From an uncultured Planctomycetia bacterium (GTDB lineage: Bacteria > Omnitrophota > Gorgyraeia > Tantalellales > Tantalellaceae): a stretch of DNA of 64,000 nucleotides. Both the position numbers and the translations under genes were made by a program. The stretch lies in contig CAYQUS010000002.1 of the NCBI GenBank assembly GCA_964421015.1, forward strand, positions 145,872-209,871. The letters are read 5' to 3'. The notes beneath the pieces were generated by a model. It ran no database searches. It was not told where the DNA came from and saw only the letters and a program-made list of their open reading frames with translations. This document shows positions 47,930 through 59,830 of the stretch, in pieces. Within the stretch, counting starts at the first letter, position 1; every line of letters starts with the position of its first letter.

Positions 47930-48876
47930 AAAAACTCAACATCAGCGTTTCCCCGCATATATCCTCTCCGATCGGTACCGCAGACATAATGAAAGATGTT
48001 ATTAAAGCCCTTATCCCGGCGCTTGCCGCGGGCATATATTTTTTCAGGGCCAGCGCCGCGGGCATAATAGTTTCTTCGGTGGCGGGATGTCTGTTCACCG
48101 AGATAGTCCTGGCCAAACTCAGAAAACGTCCCCTTGAGATCTCTAACTACAGCTCTACCGTTACAGGGCTTCTTCTTGCCATGGTGCTTCCTCCGGGGCT
48201 CCCGCTTTGGATGGCTTTTCTGGGAGGAGCGTTCGCTATAAGCCTGGGCAAGGATATTTTCGGGGGGTTGGGAGGGAATATATTCAATCCGGCTCTTTTG
48301 GCGAGGGCGTTCCTTATGGCCGCGTTCCCGGTGGCGCTTACAACGTGGAATCAGCCCATCACTCTGGACGCCGTTACAACCGCTACTCCGCTGGGTCTGG
48401 CGAAATTCGAGCATTACGCTACACCTATGCCGCTTCTTTTTTTCGGGAACGTCCCGGGTTGCGTGGGGGAAACTTCGGCTTTGGCTCTTCTTGCGGGGAT
48501 AGCGTATTTGCTGTACAGAAAGGTCATAGATTACCGTATACCGGCTGCTTATGTGGGAACAGTGGTCTTGTTCGCCGGCGTAACACGTCTTATAGCGCCG
48601 GGGACATACATGGGGCCGGTTTTTCATGTTTTTGCTGGAGGGCTGATACTGGGAGCGGGGTTCATGGCGACCGACCCGGTCACATCCCCCGTGACCGCTC
48701 TCGGCAGATGGGTTTTCGGTATAGGCTGCGGGCTTATAACAATGACGATAAGGCTTTGGGGAGGGCTTCCTGAGGGCGTAATGTATTCAATACTCCTGAT
48801 GAACGCCTGCACTCCTCTTATCAACAGAGCGACCCGTCCGAGACGTTTCGGTGTATGCGGAGGTGCGAAGCAGTGA
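47926..48876 (+). CDS. rnfD: Rnf complex subunit D
   Basis: NqrB/RnfD-like polytopic membrane protein with a FMN-attachment region. ATGA overlap with rnfC. Confidence 0.8.
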   Translation: MKKLNISVSPHISSPIGTADIMKDVIKALIPALAAGIYFFRASAAGIIVSSVAGCLFTEIVLAKLRKRPLEISNYSSTVTGLLLAMVLPPGLPLWMAFLGGAFAISLGKDIFGGLGGNIFNPALLARAFLMAAFPVALTTWNQPITLDAVTTATPLGLAKFEHYATPMPLLFFGNVPGCVGETSALALLAGIAYLLYRKVIDYRIPAAYVGTVVLFAGVTRLIAPGTYMGPVFHVFAGGLILGAGFMATDPVTSPVTALGRWVFGIGCGLITMTIRLWGGLPEGVMYSILLMNACTPLINRATRPRRFGVCGGAKQ

Positions 48877-49445
48877 TCAGAAAAATAACCGAAAGCGACG
48901 TTTTTAAAATGGTCACAGCTCTTTCCGTGGTGGGGATAATATCCGCGGTATCGCTGGTCTTTGTTTATAGTTATTCCATGCCCAGGATAATAGAGAATAC
49001 GAACAAGGCCACGCAGAACGGTATAAAAAACATATTCCCCCAGGCCGATAAAATAGAAAAAACGTCCATGGAAGGCGTTTTTAAGGTAAGTTCCAGGGAC
49101 GGAGAGGTGCTTGGATACGCTTTTACGGCCGCGGGCAACGGATACCAGGGAACAATACAGATGATAGCCGGCGTTGACGGTGGAATAACCCGGATGATCG
49201 GGATGGAAGTACTTGAGTCTCAGGAAACTCCCGGACTTGGAGCCGAAATAGCGGGAGATTTCAGAAAACAGTTTTCGGGTCTTTCAGTCGGGAGCCCCAT
49301 AGAGTACGTTAAGAACAAGAAACCCGAAAAGCCCGGCCAGATAGAGGCCATAACCGGGGCAACTATCTCTTCCAGGGCGGTTGTTAACACGCTTAACGCC
49401 CGCATACAAGAGATCAGGGAAGGCATAAAGGGCGGAGGAAAATGA
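48855..49445 (+). CDS. rnfG: Rnf complex subunit G
   Basis: N-terminal TM helix plus FMN-binding domain (..TGATISSRAV). Confidence 0.8.
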   Translation: MRRCEAVIRKITESDVFKMVTALSVVGIISAVSLVFVYSYSMPRIIENTNKATQNGIKNIFPQADKIEKTSMEGVFKVSSRDGEVLGYAFTAAGNGYQGTIQMIAGVDGGITRMIGMEVLESQETPGLGAEIAGDFRKQFSGLSVGSPIEYVKNKKPEKPGQIEAITGATISSRAVVNTLNARIQEIREGIKGGGK

Positions 49446-50053
49446 AAAAAGATTTTCTGAAAGGGCTTTGGAAAGAGAATCCCATTTTCGTACAGGTCCT
49501 CGGGACATGTCCCACCCTGGCAGTAACTACAAAAGCAGTGTTCGGTCTTTCCATGGGGATAGCCACAACGTTCGTTCTGATCTCATCAAGCTTAGTTGTA
49601 TCTCTCATAAGGAAAGTCGTTCCGCCGCAGGTGAGAATACCCATGTTTACCGTTATAATAGCCACTTTTGTCACCGCCGCCGATTATTTCCTTAAGGCCA
49701 ATTTTTATGAGATAAGCAAGGCCCTGGGGCCGTATGTTCCTCTTATAGTAGTGAACTGCATAATACTCGGCAGAGCCGAAGCTTTTGCTTCCAAGAACGG
49801 GCCGGTAAGGTCGGTGCTGGACGCTCTCGGAATGGGGCTAGGGTTTACCTCGGCGCTACTGGTCCTGGGCAGCTGCCGTGAGATACTCGGTTCCGGGGCT
49901 ATTTTCGGATTGAGGGTTATGCCGCAGGGGTTCACCAACTGGATAGTGATGATACTTCCCGCGGGAGCGTTCATTACTTTCGGACTTCTGGTAGGGGTTT
50001 TTAACACGGTTGACGGAATGATCAAGAAGAGGGAAGAGGTTAAGGTTAAGTAG
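49442..50053 (+). CDS. rnfE: Rnf complex subunit E
   Basis: RnfA/RnfE-family 6-TM protein (NPIFVQVLGTCP). Position is after rnfG. Confidence 0.8.
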   Translation: MKKDFLKGLWKENPIFVQVLGTCPTLAVTTKAVFGLSMGIATTFVLISSSLVVSLIRKVVPPQVRIPMFTVIIATFVTAADYFLKANFYEISKALGPYVPLIVVNCIILGRAEAFASKNGPVRSVLDALGMGLGFTSALLVLGSCREILGSGAIFGLRVMPQGFTNWIVMILPAGAFITFGLLVGVFNTVDGMIKKREEVKVK

Positions 50054-50174
50054 GAAGAGAGGAGAAATAAGTAGTAAGTAGTAAGGAATAAGGAGTAAGG
50101 AGTAAGGAGAAAAGAGAAAAGAAGGTTGAGGCAGTGAGGGGATCAAGGTTCAGGTTGAGGTTTAGAGGGGAGCG
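50054..50174 (+). repeat. purine-rich (AGTAAGGAG)n + AGGTTCAGGTTGAGGTT module, copy F, inside the rnf operon between rnfE and rnfA
   Basis: GGAAGAGAGGAGAAATAAGTAGTAAGTAGTAAGGAATAAGGAGTAAGGAGTAAGGAGAAAAGAGAAAAGAAGGTTGAGG..GATCAAGGTTCAGGTTGAGGTTTAGAGGGGAGCG directly before the rnfA ATG. Confidence 0.8.
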
Positions 50175-50762
50175 ATGAATATAGAACATCTCATACTCAT
50201 TTTTGTGGCGGCGAGCGTAACCAATAACTTCGTTCTCACGTATTTTCTCGGGATATGTCCTTTTATAGGAGTTTCCAACAAGATAGAGAGCGCCGTGGGG
50301 CTTGGAACAGCCACGACTTTTGTAATGACGATGGCCGCTGCCTTTACGTGGCTTATCTACCATTACATACTTGTTCCTTATGAACTGGTCTTTCTGCAGT
50401 ACGCCACGTTCATAATAGTCATAGCGAGTTTTGTCCAGTTCGTGGAGATGGTCATAAGAAAGATCTCTCCGGCATTACATAAGGCGCTGGGTATATTTCT
50501 GCCGCTGATAACGACCAATTGCGCCATACTCGGACTTACGCTTTTTATGGTCCTGCGCGATTACGCGTTCCTGGAATCGGTTATTTTCGGTCTGGGAGCC
50601 GGGGTTGGGTTCACCCTCGCTCTGGTGCTGATGGCCGGAATAAGGGAGGAGCTTGAATTCACGGATATTCCCCCAGCCTTAAAAGGAACAGGAATAACGC
50701 TGATACTCGCGGGGATGCTCGCTCTGGCTTTCATGGGTTTCGGCGGACTTATAAGCGGGTAA
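50175..50762 (+). CDS. rnfA: Rnf complex subunit A
   Basis: RnfA/NqrE family (NNFVLTYFLGICPFIGVS). Confidence 0.8.
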   Translation: MNIEHLILIFVAASVTNNFVLTYFLGICPFIGVSNKIESAVGLGTATTFVMTMAAAFTWLIYHYILVPYELVFLQYATFIIVIASFVQFVEMVIRKISPALHKALGIFLPLITTNCAILGLTLFMVLRDYAFLESVIFGLGAGVGFTLALVLMAGIREELEFTDIPPALKGTGITLILAGMLALAFMGFGGLISG

Positions 50763-50796
50763 AACCAGAGCTCACAGCGACAGAAAAGAGAAAAAT

Positions 50797-51603
50797 ATGG
50801 AAAATTTAGTAGTAACGTCGGTAATAAGCATGGTTTTTCTGGCGGTTTTTTTCGCCGTGGTGCTGGCTTTTGCCGATAAGAAATTCAAGGTCCAGGAAGA
50901 TCCCCGCGTGGTAGGCGTATACGGTTTTTTGCCTCACGTTAACTGCGGGGCATGCGGGTATTTAAGCTGCCACGATTTCGCCGAACGCATAATAAAAGAA
51001 GGAGAGAGCCCTCTTAAGTGCAGAGTGCTCGGAGAAGAAGCAAGAGAAGGTCTTTTGAATTATCTGGGGCATGATTCCGGCGAGACTTTTCCGCATGTGC
51101 CTCTTGTAAGGTGTTCCGCAAGATGCGCTAATAAGCCCTCTTCCGCGGAATACCTGGGTATACGCACCTGCCGCGGCGCGGCGGTATCTTTCTCGGGAGG
51201 GATGGAATGCGAGTACGGTTGCATGGGGTTCGGGGATTGTGTTAAAGCCTGTCCTTTCGGAGCGCTTGAGATAGTCGACGGGCTTCCCGAAGTCGATCAG
51301 GCGAAATGCACCGGGTGCGGCAAATGCGCCTCGGCCTGTCCCAAGGGGATAATAACAATAGCGGAAAAAAGGAACGAAAAGGTCTTTTATGTGGCCTGTT
51401 CCACTCATGACGGGGCTTTGAGAGTGCGAAAAATATGCGCCGTTGGCTGTATAGCTTGCGGCATCTGCGAAAAGATCTCCAAAGAGGGGTTTTTCTCGGT
51501 TAAAGACAACCTTTCGAGAGAGGATCTTTCTAAACAGGCCAGGCAGGAAGAAGTAGCCGCGGTGGCCGCGAAGTGCCCCACTAAGGTAATAAAAACCGCG
51601 TAA
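50797..51603 (+). CDS. rnfB: Rnf complex subunit B
   Basis: N-terminal TM anchor, a CxxC...C cluster and two 4Fe-4S ferredoxin motifs. Confidence 0.8.
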   Translation: MENLVVTSVISMVFLAVFFAVVLAFADKKFKVQEDPRVVGVYGFLPHVNCGACGYLSCHDFAERIIKEGESPLKCRVLGEEAREGLLNYLGHDSGETFPHVPLVRCSARCANKPSSAEYLGIRTCRGAAVSFSGGMECEYGCMGFGDCVKACPFGALEIVDGLPEVDQAKCTGCGKCASACPKGIITIAEKRNEKVFYVACSTHDGALRVRKICAVGCIACGICEKISKEGFFSVKDNLSREDLSKQARQEEVAAVAAKCPTKVIKTA

Positions 51604-51613
51604 CGGAGAAAGC

Positions 51614-52228
51614 ATGCCAGAGAAAATAAAAATAGCCGTGCTGGTTTCGGGTAACGGCAGCAATCTCCAGGCGATAATAGACGCCCAGGCAAATGGCGAC
51701 CTGGGGCCTGCCGAGATCGGGATAGTCATAAGCGATAAACCGGAAGCGTTGGCTCTCGAGAGAGCCGCCAAGGCCGGGATAAAGTCCGTGGTCGTCGAGA
51801 AGACCAAAGAGCTTTCCAGGGAAGAGTATGACGAGAAGCTTGCCGTTATCCTGAGAGAAGAGGAGATAAACCTTATTGTGCTGGCCGGGTTCATGAGGGT
51901 GCTAGGGGAAAAGTTTGTCGGCGCGTTCAAATGGAAGATAATCAACATCCATCCCGCGCTTCTCCCGGCTTTCAAGGGAACCCATGGCATAGCCGACGCG
52001 TTCCTCTACGGGGTAAAGGTAACGGGCGTGACGGTGCACTTTGTGGACGAAGGGGTTGATTCCGGACCCATAATAGCGCAGAGGGCGGTAAAAATAGAGG
52101 ACACTGATACGCTTGGGTCCCTTGAGGAAAGGATGCATCACCGGGAACACGAGCTTTATCCGGAAGTGATACGCCTTTTCGCCGAAGGCAGGATAAAACT
52201 GGAAGGAAGAAAAGTAAAGATAGTCTAA
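51614..52228 (+). CDS. purN: phosphoribosylglycinamide formyltransferase
   Basis: IAVLVSGNGSNLQAI and NIHPALLPAFKG motifs. Confidence 0.9.
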   Translation: MPEKIKIAVLVSGNGSNLQAIIDAQANGDLGPAEIGIVISDKPEALALERAAKAGIKSVVVEKTKELSREEYDEKLAVILREEEINLIVLAGFMRVLGEKFVGAFKWKIINIHPALLPAFKGTHGIADAFLYGVKVTGVTVHFVDEGVDSGPIIAQRAVKIEDTDTLGSLEERMHHREHELYPEVIRLFAEGRIKLEGRKVKIV

Positions 52229-52233
52229 AATAA

Positions 52234-53792
<1,559 letters not shown>

Positions 53793-53817
53793 TTTTTGTC
53801 CGCTTTCAGGAAAGGTC

Positions 53818-54738
53818 CTATCTAGGGTAGATCTTAAGCCCGGATGTGGCTCCGCGAGAAGAACAGACCATGGCGGCAAGCCGGGAAGCGAACGCCAGAT
53901 TAAGAGTCATTTCGTTCCAGAAAGCCTCTTTCCCTTCAAGACAATATCTTAAGATGAGACCCGCGGTGAAAGCGTCACCTGCCCCTATGGTGTCCACAAC
54001 ATCTACTTTTACCGCCGGGAATTTAAGAATGTCGCGGCCGTCCCAGTAGAGGGAGCCGTCCTCTCCCATTGTCAGGATGGTTTTTCCGGGAAGTTTCCTG
54101 AGAGCGGAAGGCAAAGTCTTTTTCCCCGTTATTCCCATAGCATCGGAAGCGCTCAGCTTTATCACGTCGGCCAGTTCAAAAAACTTTTCCACGCGCCGGC
54201 GCGCCGTGCGTTTGTCTTTAATTCGGGATTCTCTCCAGTTGGGGTCGTATGTAGCGAACATACGTTTTTCCTTCGCCGCTTCCATCATCTCAAGAGCGCT
54301 TTCGAAAGTGAAATCGGAGTAGGAGAAAGATGACCCGGTATGAAAAACCCCGTTTTCCGAAAACGACGAAAGAAGCGTCTTAGAGGGCGACAGCGCTATT
54401 TCCGGTCCGGTATCTCTGTAGAAAGCGTAGGAGGAATCGCCCTTACTGTCTATGCGGGCTATGGCAAGAGCTGTTTTGAGCCGGTCGTCCCTTTTGATAT
54501 GTCTTGTGGATATTTTCTCTTTGCGCATAACATCGACCAAGCTGTCCGAAAGAAAATCAGAGGCAAGGCGGGAAACGACCGACACATCCAGGCCCAGGCG
54601 GGCCAGCATGATGGAAACATTGAATACCGATCCTCCCGGACAGGCTTCCATTGAGTAGCCGCCTTCGGAGTTCGGCCTTGTGATAACAAGGTCATACGCT
54701 ATGTTCCCGCAGCAGAATACGCGTTTTTTGCGTGCCAT
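53818..54738 (-). CDS. PfkB-family carbohydrate kinase
   Basis: N-terminus FCCGNIAYDLV and C-terminus DVVDTIGAGDAFTAG, the anion-hole GAGD motif. Confidence 0.75.
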   Translation of the reverse strand: MARKKRVFCCGNIAYDLVITRPNSEGGYSMEACPGGSVFNVSIMLARLGLDVSVVSRLASDFLSDSLVDVMRKEKISTRHIKRDDRLKTALAIARIDSKGDSSYAFYRDTGPEIALSPSKTLLSSFSENGVFHTGSSFSYSDFTFESALEMMEAAKEKRMFATYDPNWRESRIKDKRTARRRVEKFFELADVIKLSASDAMGITGKKTLPSALRKLPGKTILTMGEDGSLYWDGRDILKFPAVKVDVVDTIGAGDAFTAGLILRYCLEGKEAFWNEMTLNLAFASRLAAMVCSSRGATSGLKIYPR

Positions 54739-54867
54739 GACAGATAATGATATCATCACTTTGCCGGTTTTACAACTTTTCCATTCGTTTTTGGTTTTCT
54801 CCGCCAGTTTGCCCTTGCGCGAGTGAATGGTATCTGATATAATTACGCCTCGGTACCTGAAAATTGA

Positions 54868-54942
54868 CGCGGGGTGGAGCAGAGGTAGCTCGTGAGGCTC
54901 ATAACCTCAAGGTCGAGGGTTCGATTCCCTCCCCCGCAACCA
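54868..54942 (+). tRNA. initiator tRNA-Met (anticodon CAU)
   Basis: Starts CGCGGGG with C1:A72 mismatch. Near-identical to the E. coli tRNA-fMet acceptor, D and T arms. Anticodon loop CTCATAA. CCA encoded. Confidence 0.8.
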
Positions 54943-55027
54943 ATATAAATATAGCGGAGATGGTCATTTACGACTGTCTCCGTTTCTTTTTTGGTTCCGA
55001 GTATAGATGTGTCCGCGCACCTGTTTC

Positions 55028-55583
55028 TCTTGTCATTCTGAGAATCTATAACTTTCGGTTTCCGCGGCTGAAGTACCGATGTGGCTGTCAAATGCCCGAT
55101 ATTCCCTTCAGGGACGCTCGATTTTCCCGGCGAGAAAATCTCGCTCGGAGGTCTCCCTCGCTCTCCCTTAGGGCTTTTGCCCTAGGGATCCGTGCCCGCT
55201 CGGGAGACCAACGCCCTTCCGGGAACACCGGGCATTTGCCTGAAAAAGACGCCTTTTTCACGGCCGAGGTGGCTTGTCATTCTGAGAATCTATAACTTTC
55301 GGTTTCCGCGGCTGAAGTACCGATGTGGCTGTCAAATGCCCGATATTCCCTTCAGGGACGCTCGATTTTCCCGGCGAGAAAATCTCGCTCGGAGGTCTCC
55401 CTCGCTCTCCCTTAGGGCTTTTGCCCTAGGGATCCGTGCCCGCTCGGGAGACCAACGCCCTTCCGGGAACATCGGGCATTTGCCCGAAGAAGACGCCTTT
55501 TTCACAGCCGAGGTGTCTTGTCATTCTGAGAATCTATAACTTTCGGTTTCCGCGGCTGAAGTTCCGAGGCGGCTGTCAAATGC
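55028..55583 (+). repeat. tandem array of about 2.3 copies of a ~245-bp structured repeat unit
   Basis: Units at 55028-55272, 55273-55516 and a partial one at 55517-55583 are near-identical. Each contains the GTCATTCTGAGAATCTA module and a TIR-like pair CAAATGCCCGATATTCC / GGAACACCGGGCATTTG. Confidence 0.85.
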
Positions 55584-55702
55584 ACTCAACCCGAACCTGC
55601 TTTTTGGCGACCTTCTAATTGACACCGCATACACAGGTATGATATAAAAAAGGTTCCCGGAGGGGTTCCCGCCGGAAAAACTATTAAACCGAGGTGCGGC
55701 AA

Positions 55703-56995
55703 ATGATAAAAAGATATTCAAGGCCCGAAATGGCCCGTATCTGGGATGAGAAAAACCGGTTCCAGAAGATGCTCGACGTTGAAATACTGGCATGCGAAGC
55801 CTTTGCCGAACTTAATATAATACCCGCCTCTGCCGCAAAGACGATAAAGGAAAAAGCGGCTTTCAGCGTAGATCGGATCAACGAGATAGAGCGCGTGACC
55901 AATCACGATGTTGTGGCCTTCATAAAAAGCGTTTCCGAGAACGTGGGCGAAGACGCCAGGTATTTTCATTACGGCCTTACTTCGAGCGATGTTCTGGATA
56001 CGGCGCTTTCCATACAGATGGTCGAGGCCGCCGATATACTGATAAGGGATATTGAGGAGCTCATAAATGCCCTTAAGAACAAGGCCATCGAGCACAAAAA
56101 AACCCCGATGATGGGCAGGTCTCACGGTGTTCACGCCGAACCCATATCTTTCGGCCTTAAGATGGCTCTTTATTACAGGGAAATGCAGCGCAATCTCGAG
56201 AGGATGAAGTCGGCCAGGAAAACCGTAGCTGTGGGAAAGATCTCAGGTTCGGTGGGAACTTTCGCTAATGTAGACCCCGGGGTGGAAGAGTACGTGTGCC
56301 GTAAGCTCGGGTTTGAATGCGCCGGCGTGGCCAATCAGGTTATACAGAGAGACAGGCACGCATATTATCTCAACGTTATAGCCATAACGGGGGCTACTCT
56401 TGAGAAGATAGCTCTCGAGATAAGGGGGCTTCAGAAAACAGAGATAGACGAAGTACAGGAATTTTTCGGCAAAGGGCAGACGGGGTCTTCGAGCATGCCC
56501 CACAAGAAAAACCCCATAATATGCGAAAGGATCACGGGGCTTGCCCGTATACTCAGAGCCAACGCCATGGCCGCCATAGAGAACGTGGCCTTGTGGCATG
56601 AAAGGGACATTTCGCACTCCTCGGTGGAACGGGTTATCCTCCCGGATTCCACTATACTTCTCGATTACATGCTGGACAAGGCGAAGGCGCTTATAACCGA
56701 CCTTGTTGTGAACAAGGACAAGATGCTTTCCAACATGGACGCGTCGAGAGGGCTTGTGTACTCTCAGCACATCATGCTTGAACTTATTAAAAAGGGAGCT
56801 ACCAGGCTCGAGGCCTACGACATCATACAGGCCGCCGCGCTGGATTGCCATTCGCGCGGGAAAACCTTCAAAGAGCTTGTGATGAAAGACGCCGGCGTGA
56901 AAAAATATCTCAGCGATAAGGAAATAGAGAACTGTTTCAGTCTGGATTATCATTTGCGTAACGTTGATCGGATATTCAAGAACATAGGACTTTGA
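55703..56995 (+). CDS. purB: adenylosuccinate lyase
   Basis: YSRPEMARIW N-terminus and fumarase/ASL-family signature SSMPHKKNP. GAGGTG RBS before the ATG at 55703. Confidence 0.9.
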   Translation: MIKRYSRPEMARIWDEKNRFQKMLDVEILACEAFAELNIIPASAAKTIKEKAAFSVDRINEIERVTNHDVVAFIKSVSENVGEDARYFHYGLTSSDVLDTALSIQMVEAADILIRDIEELINALKNKAIEHKKTPMMGRSHGVHAEPISFGLKMALYYREMQRNLERMKSARKTVAVGKISGSVGTFANVDPGVEEYVCRKLGFECAGVANQVIQRDRHAYYLNVIAITGATLEKIALEIRGLQKTEIDEVQEFFGKGQTGSSSMPHKKNPIICERITGLARILRANAMAAIENVALWHERDISHSSVERVILPDSTILLDYMLDKAKALITDLVVNKDKMLSNMDASRGLVYSQHIMLELIKKGATRLEAYDIIQAAALDCHSRGKTFKELVMKDAGVKKYLSDKEIENCFSLDYHLRNVDRIFKNIGL

Positions 56996-57006
56996 CGGGG
57001 AAAAAT

Positions 57007-58014
57007 ATGAGCGCAGCTAAAATGACCTACAAGAAAGCCGGAGTGGATATACACAGGGCCGACAGGCTGATAAAAGGTATGGCAAAGCTTATCGACACGA
57101 CGCGGGTCAAGGGAAGCATGGATTCCGTGGGAGGGTTCGGCGGGTTTTTTGACCTTGCCGCTTCCGGGGCGAAAGACCCGCTTCTTGTGGCTTCAACGGA
57201 CGGCGTGGGAACCAAGCTCAAGATAGCGGAGATAGCCGACAGGCATGATACAATAGGCATAGATCTTGTGGCCATGTGCGTTAACGACGTTCTTTGCTGC
57301 GGCGCCAGGCCCGTGTTCTTTCTGGATTATTTCGCCTGCGGCCGTCTTGAGGACAGGATATGGAACGATGTCTTAAAAGGGATAGTTGAAGGATGCCGAC
57401 AGGCTGAATGCGCGCTTCTGGGAGGAGAAACGGCGGAGATGCCGGGATTGTACAAAAAAGGCGAATATGACCTGGCCGGATTCTCTGTAGGTACGGTATC
57501 CCGCGCGAAGGTAATAGACGGAAAGAGCATAAGGCCCGGCGACGTTATTCTGGGTATCGCTTCAAGCGGGCTGCATTCCAACGGGTATTCGATGGTGCGG
57601 AAAGTTTTCAGTAAAAAAGAGATAAAAACCAGGTGGAAGGCGCTGCTTGCCCCCACGACCATATATGTAAAACCGTTCCTCGCCGTGCACGCCAAGGTCA
57701 AGATAAAAGGCGCGGCCAATATAACAGGCGGAGGGCTTTACGAGAATATACCCAGGGTTCTTCCAAAGGGGCTTAAAGCCGTAATACGTTCCGGAAGCTG
57801 GAAGGTGCCGGCCGTTTTCAGGGAAATAGCGGAAAGAAGCCAGGCCGGAAAGAGAGAGATGCACACCACATTCAATATGGGTGTTGGGATGACGCTTATT
57901 CTTTCTAAACCCGACGCGGTAAAGGCCGGAAAGATCCTGAAAGAAAAGTTCGGAATAAAGAGCAGTGTGATAGGCGACATAGTAAAAGGGCAGAGAGAAG
58001 TGGAGATAATATAG
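57007..58014 (+). CDS. purM: phosphoribosylformylglycinamidine cyclo-ligase (AIR synthetase)
   Basis: TYKKAGVDI..GGFGGFFDL motifs. Confidence 0.9.
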   Translation: MSAAKMTYKKAGVDIHRADRLIKGMAKLIDTTRVKGSMDSVGGFGGFFDLAASGAKDPLLVASTDGVGTKLKIAEIADRHDTIGIDLVAMCVNDVLCCGARPVFFLDYFACGRLEDRIWNDVLKGIVEGCRQAECALLGGETAEMPGLYKKGEYDLAGFSVGTVSRAKVIDGKSIRPGDVILGIASSGLHSNGYSMVRKVFSKKEIKTRWKALLAPTTIYVKPFLAVHAKVKIKGAANITGGGLYENIPRVLPKGLKAVIRSGSWKVPAVFREIAERSQAGKREMHTTFNMGVGMTLILSKPDAVKAGKILKEKFGIKSSVIGDIVKGQREVEII

Positions 58015-58034
58015 AACGCATGGGGGAGAGATAA

Positions 58035-59315
58035 ATGAATGTGCTTGTTATAGGTTCCGGTGGAAGAGAACACGCTTTGTGCTGGAAACTCCGGCAAAGC
58101 CCTAAGGTAGGGGATCTTTACTGCGCTCCCGGCAACGGAGGCACAGGGTTTCACGCCGCTAATGTCGATATAGACATCACAAGGCATAAAAAAGTGGTGG
58201 CCTTCTGCAAACGCAACGGGATAGATCTTGTTGTCGTGGGCCCCGAGGCTCCTCTTGCCGTGGGTATAGCGGACGACCTCAGGAAAGCCGGTGTGGCCGT
58301 TTTCGGGCCGTCTTATGCGGCCGCCAGGCTGGAGTCAAGCAAGATCTTCGCCAAAGAGATGATGGGCGGGTACAACATACCTACAGCCGGGTTCAGGGTT
58401 TTCGACAATTTCAAGAAAGCCAAGGAATACATAGACACCTGCGAGGAACCGCTTGTCGTAAAAGCCTACGGGCTAGCCGCCGGCAAGGGAGTCGTGGTGG
58501 CCAATACGAGAAAAGAGGCCGTTGACGCCGCGGAAAGAATGCTTATAAAAAAAGAGTTCAACTCCGCGGGGCAGAGGATAATAGTAGAGGAATATCTTTC
58601 CGGCAGGGAAGCATCCATAATGGTCATAACCGACGGCGAAACGATAGTTCCGCTTGCGTCGAGCCAGGACCATAAAAGAGCCTACGACGGAGACTCCGGC
58701 CCCAATACCGGAGGAATGGGAGCCTTTTCACCGACTCCAGTGATCGGCAAGAGCGAGTACGAAGAGATAATGGAGAAGATCATAAAACCTACGATCCAGG
58801 GCCTTAAGAGGGAGAGGATAGATTACAGGGGAGTGCTTTACGCGGGGATAATGATGACATCTTCCGGGCCCAAGGTGCTGGAATACAACGTCCGTTTCGG
58901 GGACCCCGAGACGCAGGTTATCCTGCCCCGTATAAAATCTGATTTCGCCGAACTTCTCATGAACACCGCTACCGGCAATCTAGCCGGCACGGAGATAGAA
59001 TGGGAAGATTCGGAGTGTGTCTGCGTGGTCATAGCCGCCGAAGGATACCCCGGGGAATATGAAAAAGGCAGAGAAGTCTCGGGGATAATAGAGGCTATGG
59101 AGACCCAGGCCATAATTTTCCACGCTGGCACGAAATACGACGGCGACAGGCTGGTCACCTCGGGGGGACGTGTCATGAACGTGGTCGGTAAAGGTCCGGA
59201 CATACGGCAGGCCACAGAAAGAGCTTACCGCGGAGCCTCAAGGATATGTTTCGAGGGGGCGTGGTACCGGAACGATATAGGAGAAAGAGAACCCAGCGAA
59301 GTAAGGAATTTTTAG
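58035..59315 (+). CDS. purD: phosphoribosylamine--glycine ligase
   Basis: [16 protein letters not shown]-terminus and ATP-grasp motifs. Confidence 0.9.
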   Translation: MNVLVIGSGGREHALCWKLRQSPKVGDLYCAPGNGGTGFHAANVDIDITRHKKVVAFCKRNGIDLVVVGPEAPLAVGIADDLRKAGVAVFGPSYAAARLESSKIFAKEMMGGYNIPTAGFRVFDNFKKAKEYIDTCEEPLVVKAYGLAAGKGVVVANTRKEAVDAAERMLIKKEFNSAGQRIIVEEYLSGREASIMVITDGETIVPLASSQDHKRAYDGDSGPNTGGMGAFSPTPVIGKSEYEEIMEKIIKPTIQGLKRERIDYRGVLYAGIMMTSSGPKVLEYNVRFGDPETQVILPRIKSDFAELLMNTATGNLAGTEIEWEDSECVCVVIAAEGYPGEYEKGREVSGIIEAMETQAIIFHAGTKYDGDRLVTSGGRVMNVVGKGPDIRQATERAYRGASRICFEGAWYRNDIGEREPSEVRNF

Positions 59316-59327
59316 GGGGTCTATCTA

Positions 59328-59830
59328 TGGCAAAAAAACCTCTGGTTAGCGTGATAATGGGCAGCGATTCCGACATGCCGGTCATGAAAGAGGCCGTCGA
59401 GGTTCTTGAGAGATTCGGCATACCATGCGAGGTCAAAATACTCTCGGCGCACCGCTGTCCCGACAAGACAGCTCTTTTCGCAAAATCCGCCAGGAAAAAA
59501 GGGATAATGGTGGTTATAGCCGCCGCCGGCGGGGCGGCTCATCTGGCCGGGGTAGTCGCGGCGCATACCACGCTTCCGGTCATAGGCGTACCAATGAGCT
59601 CACAGCTCGACGGGCTGGATTCCCTGCTTTCCACGGTTCAGATGCCCTCGGGTATACCTGTCGCCACCGTGGCCATTGGCAAGGCAGGCGCGGTTAACGC
59701 CGCCGTACTGGCCGCCCAGATCCTGGGCGTCACTTCTTCCGCTATCGCTAAAAAACTCGACGGATATAAAAAAGAGCTCGTCAGGAAAGTGGAAGAGAAG
59801 AACCGCGGTCTGGCTTCCGGCAAAAAATGA
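59328..59830 (+). CDS. purE: N5-carboxyaminoimidazole ribonucleotide mutase
   Basis: [14 protein letters not shown] and [14 protein letters not shown] motifs. The ORF-track start is upstream, inside purD. Confidence 0.9.

Noticed and set aside
55028-55583. Possible CRISPR array
   Set aside because: The repeat units are about 245 bp with no short unique spacers between them. It is a tandem duplication of a long structured element, not a repeat-spacer architecture. No cas genes are nearby.
54864-55618. Overlapping plus-strand ORFs of 143, 115 and 60 aa through the tandem repeat, sharing the peptide ..MPDIPFRDARFSRRENLARRSPSLSL..
   Set aside because: The near-identical peptides arise because the DNA units are near-identical. 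The frames overlap each other and start inside repeats, with no RBS. They are treated as non-coding, though a substitution-pattern test is suggested in the findings.
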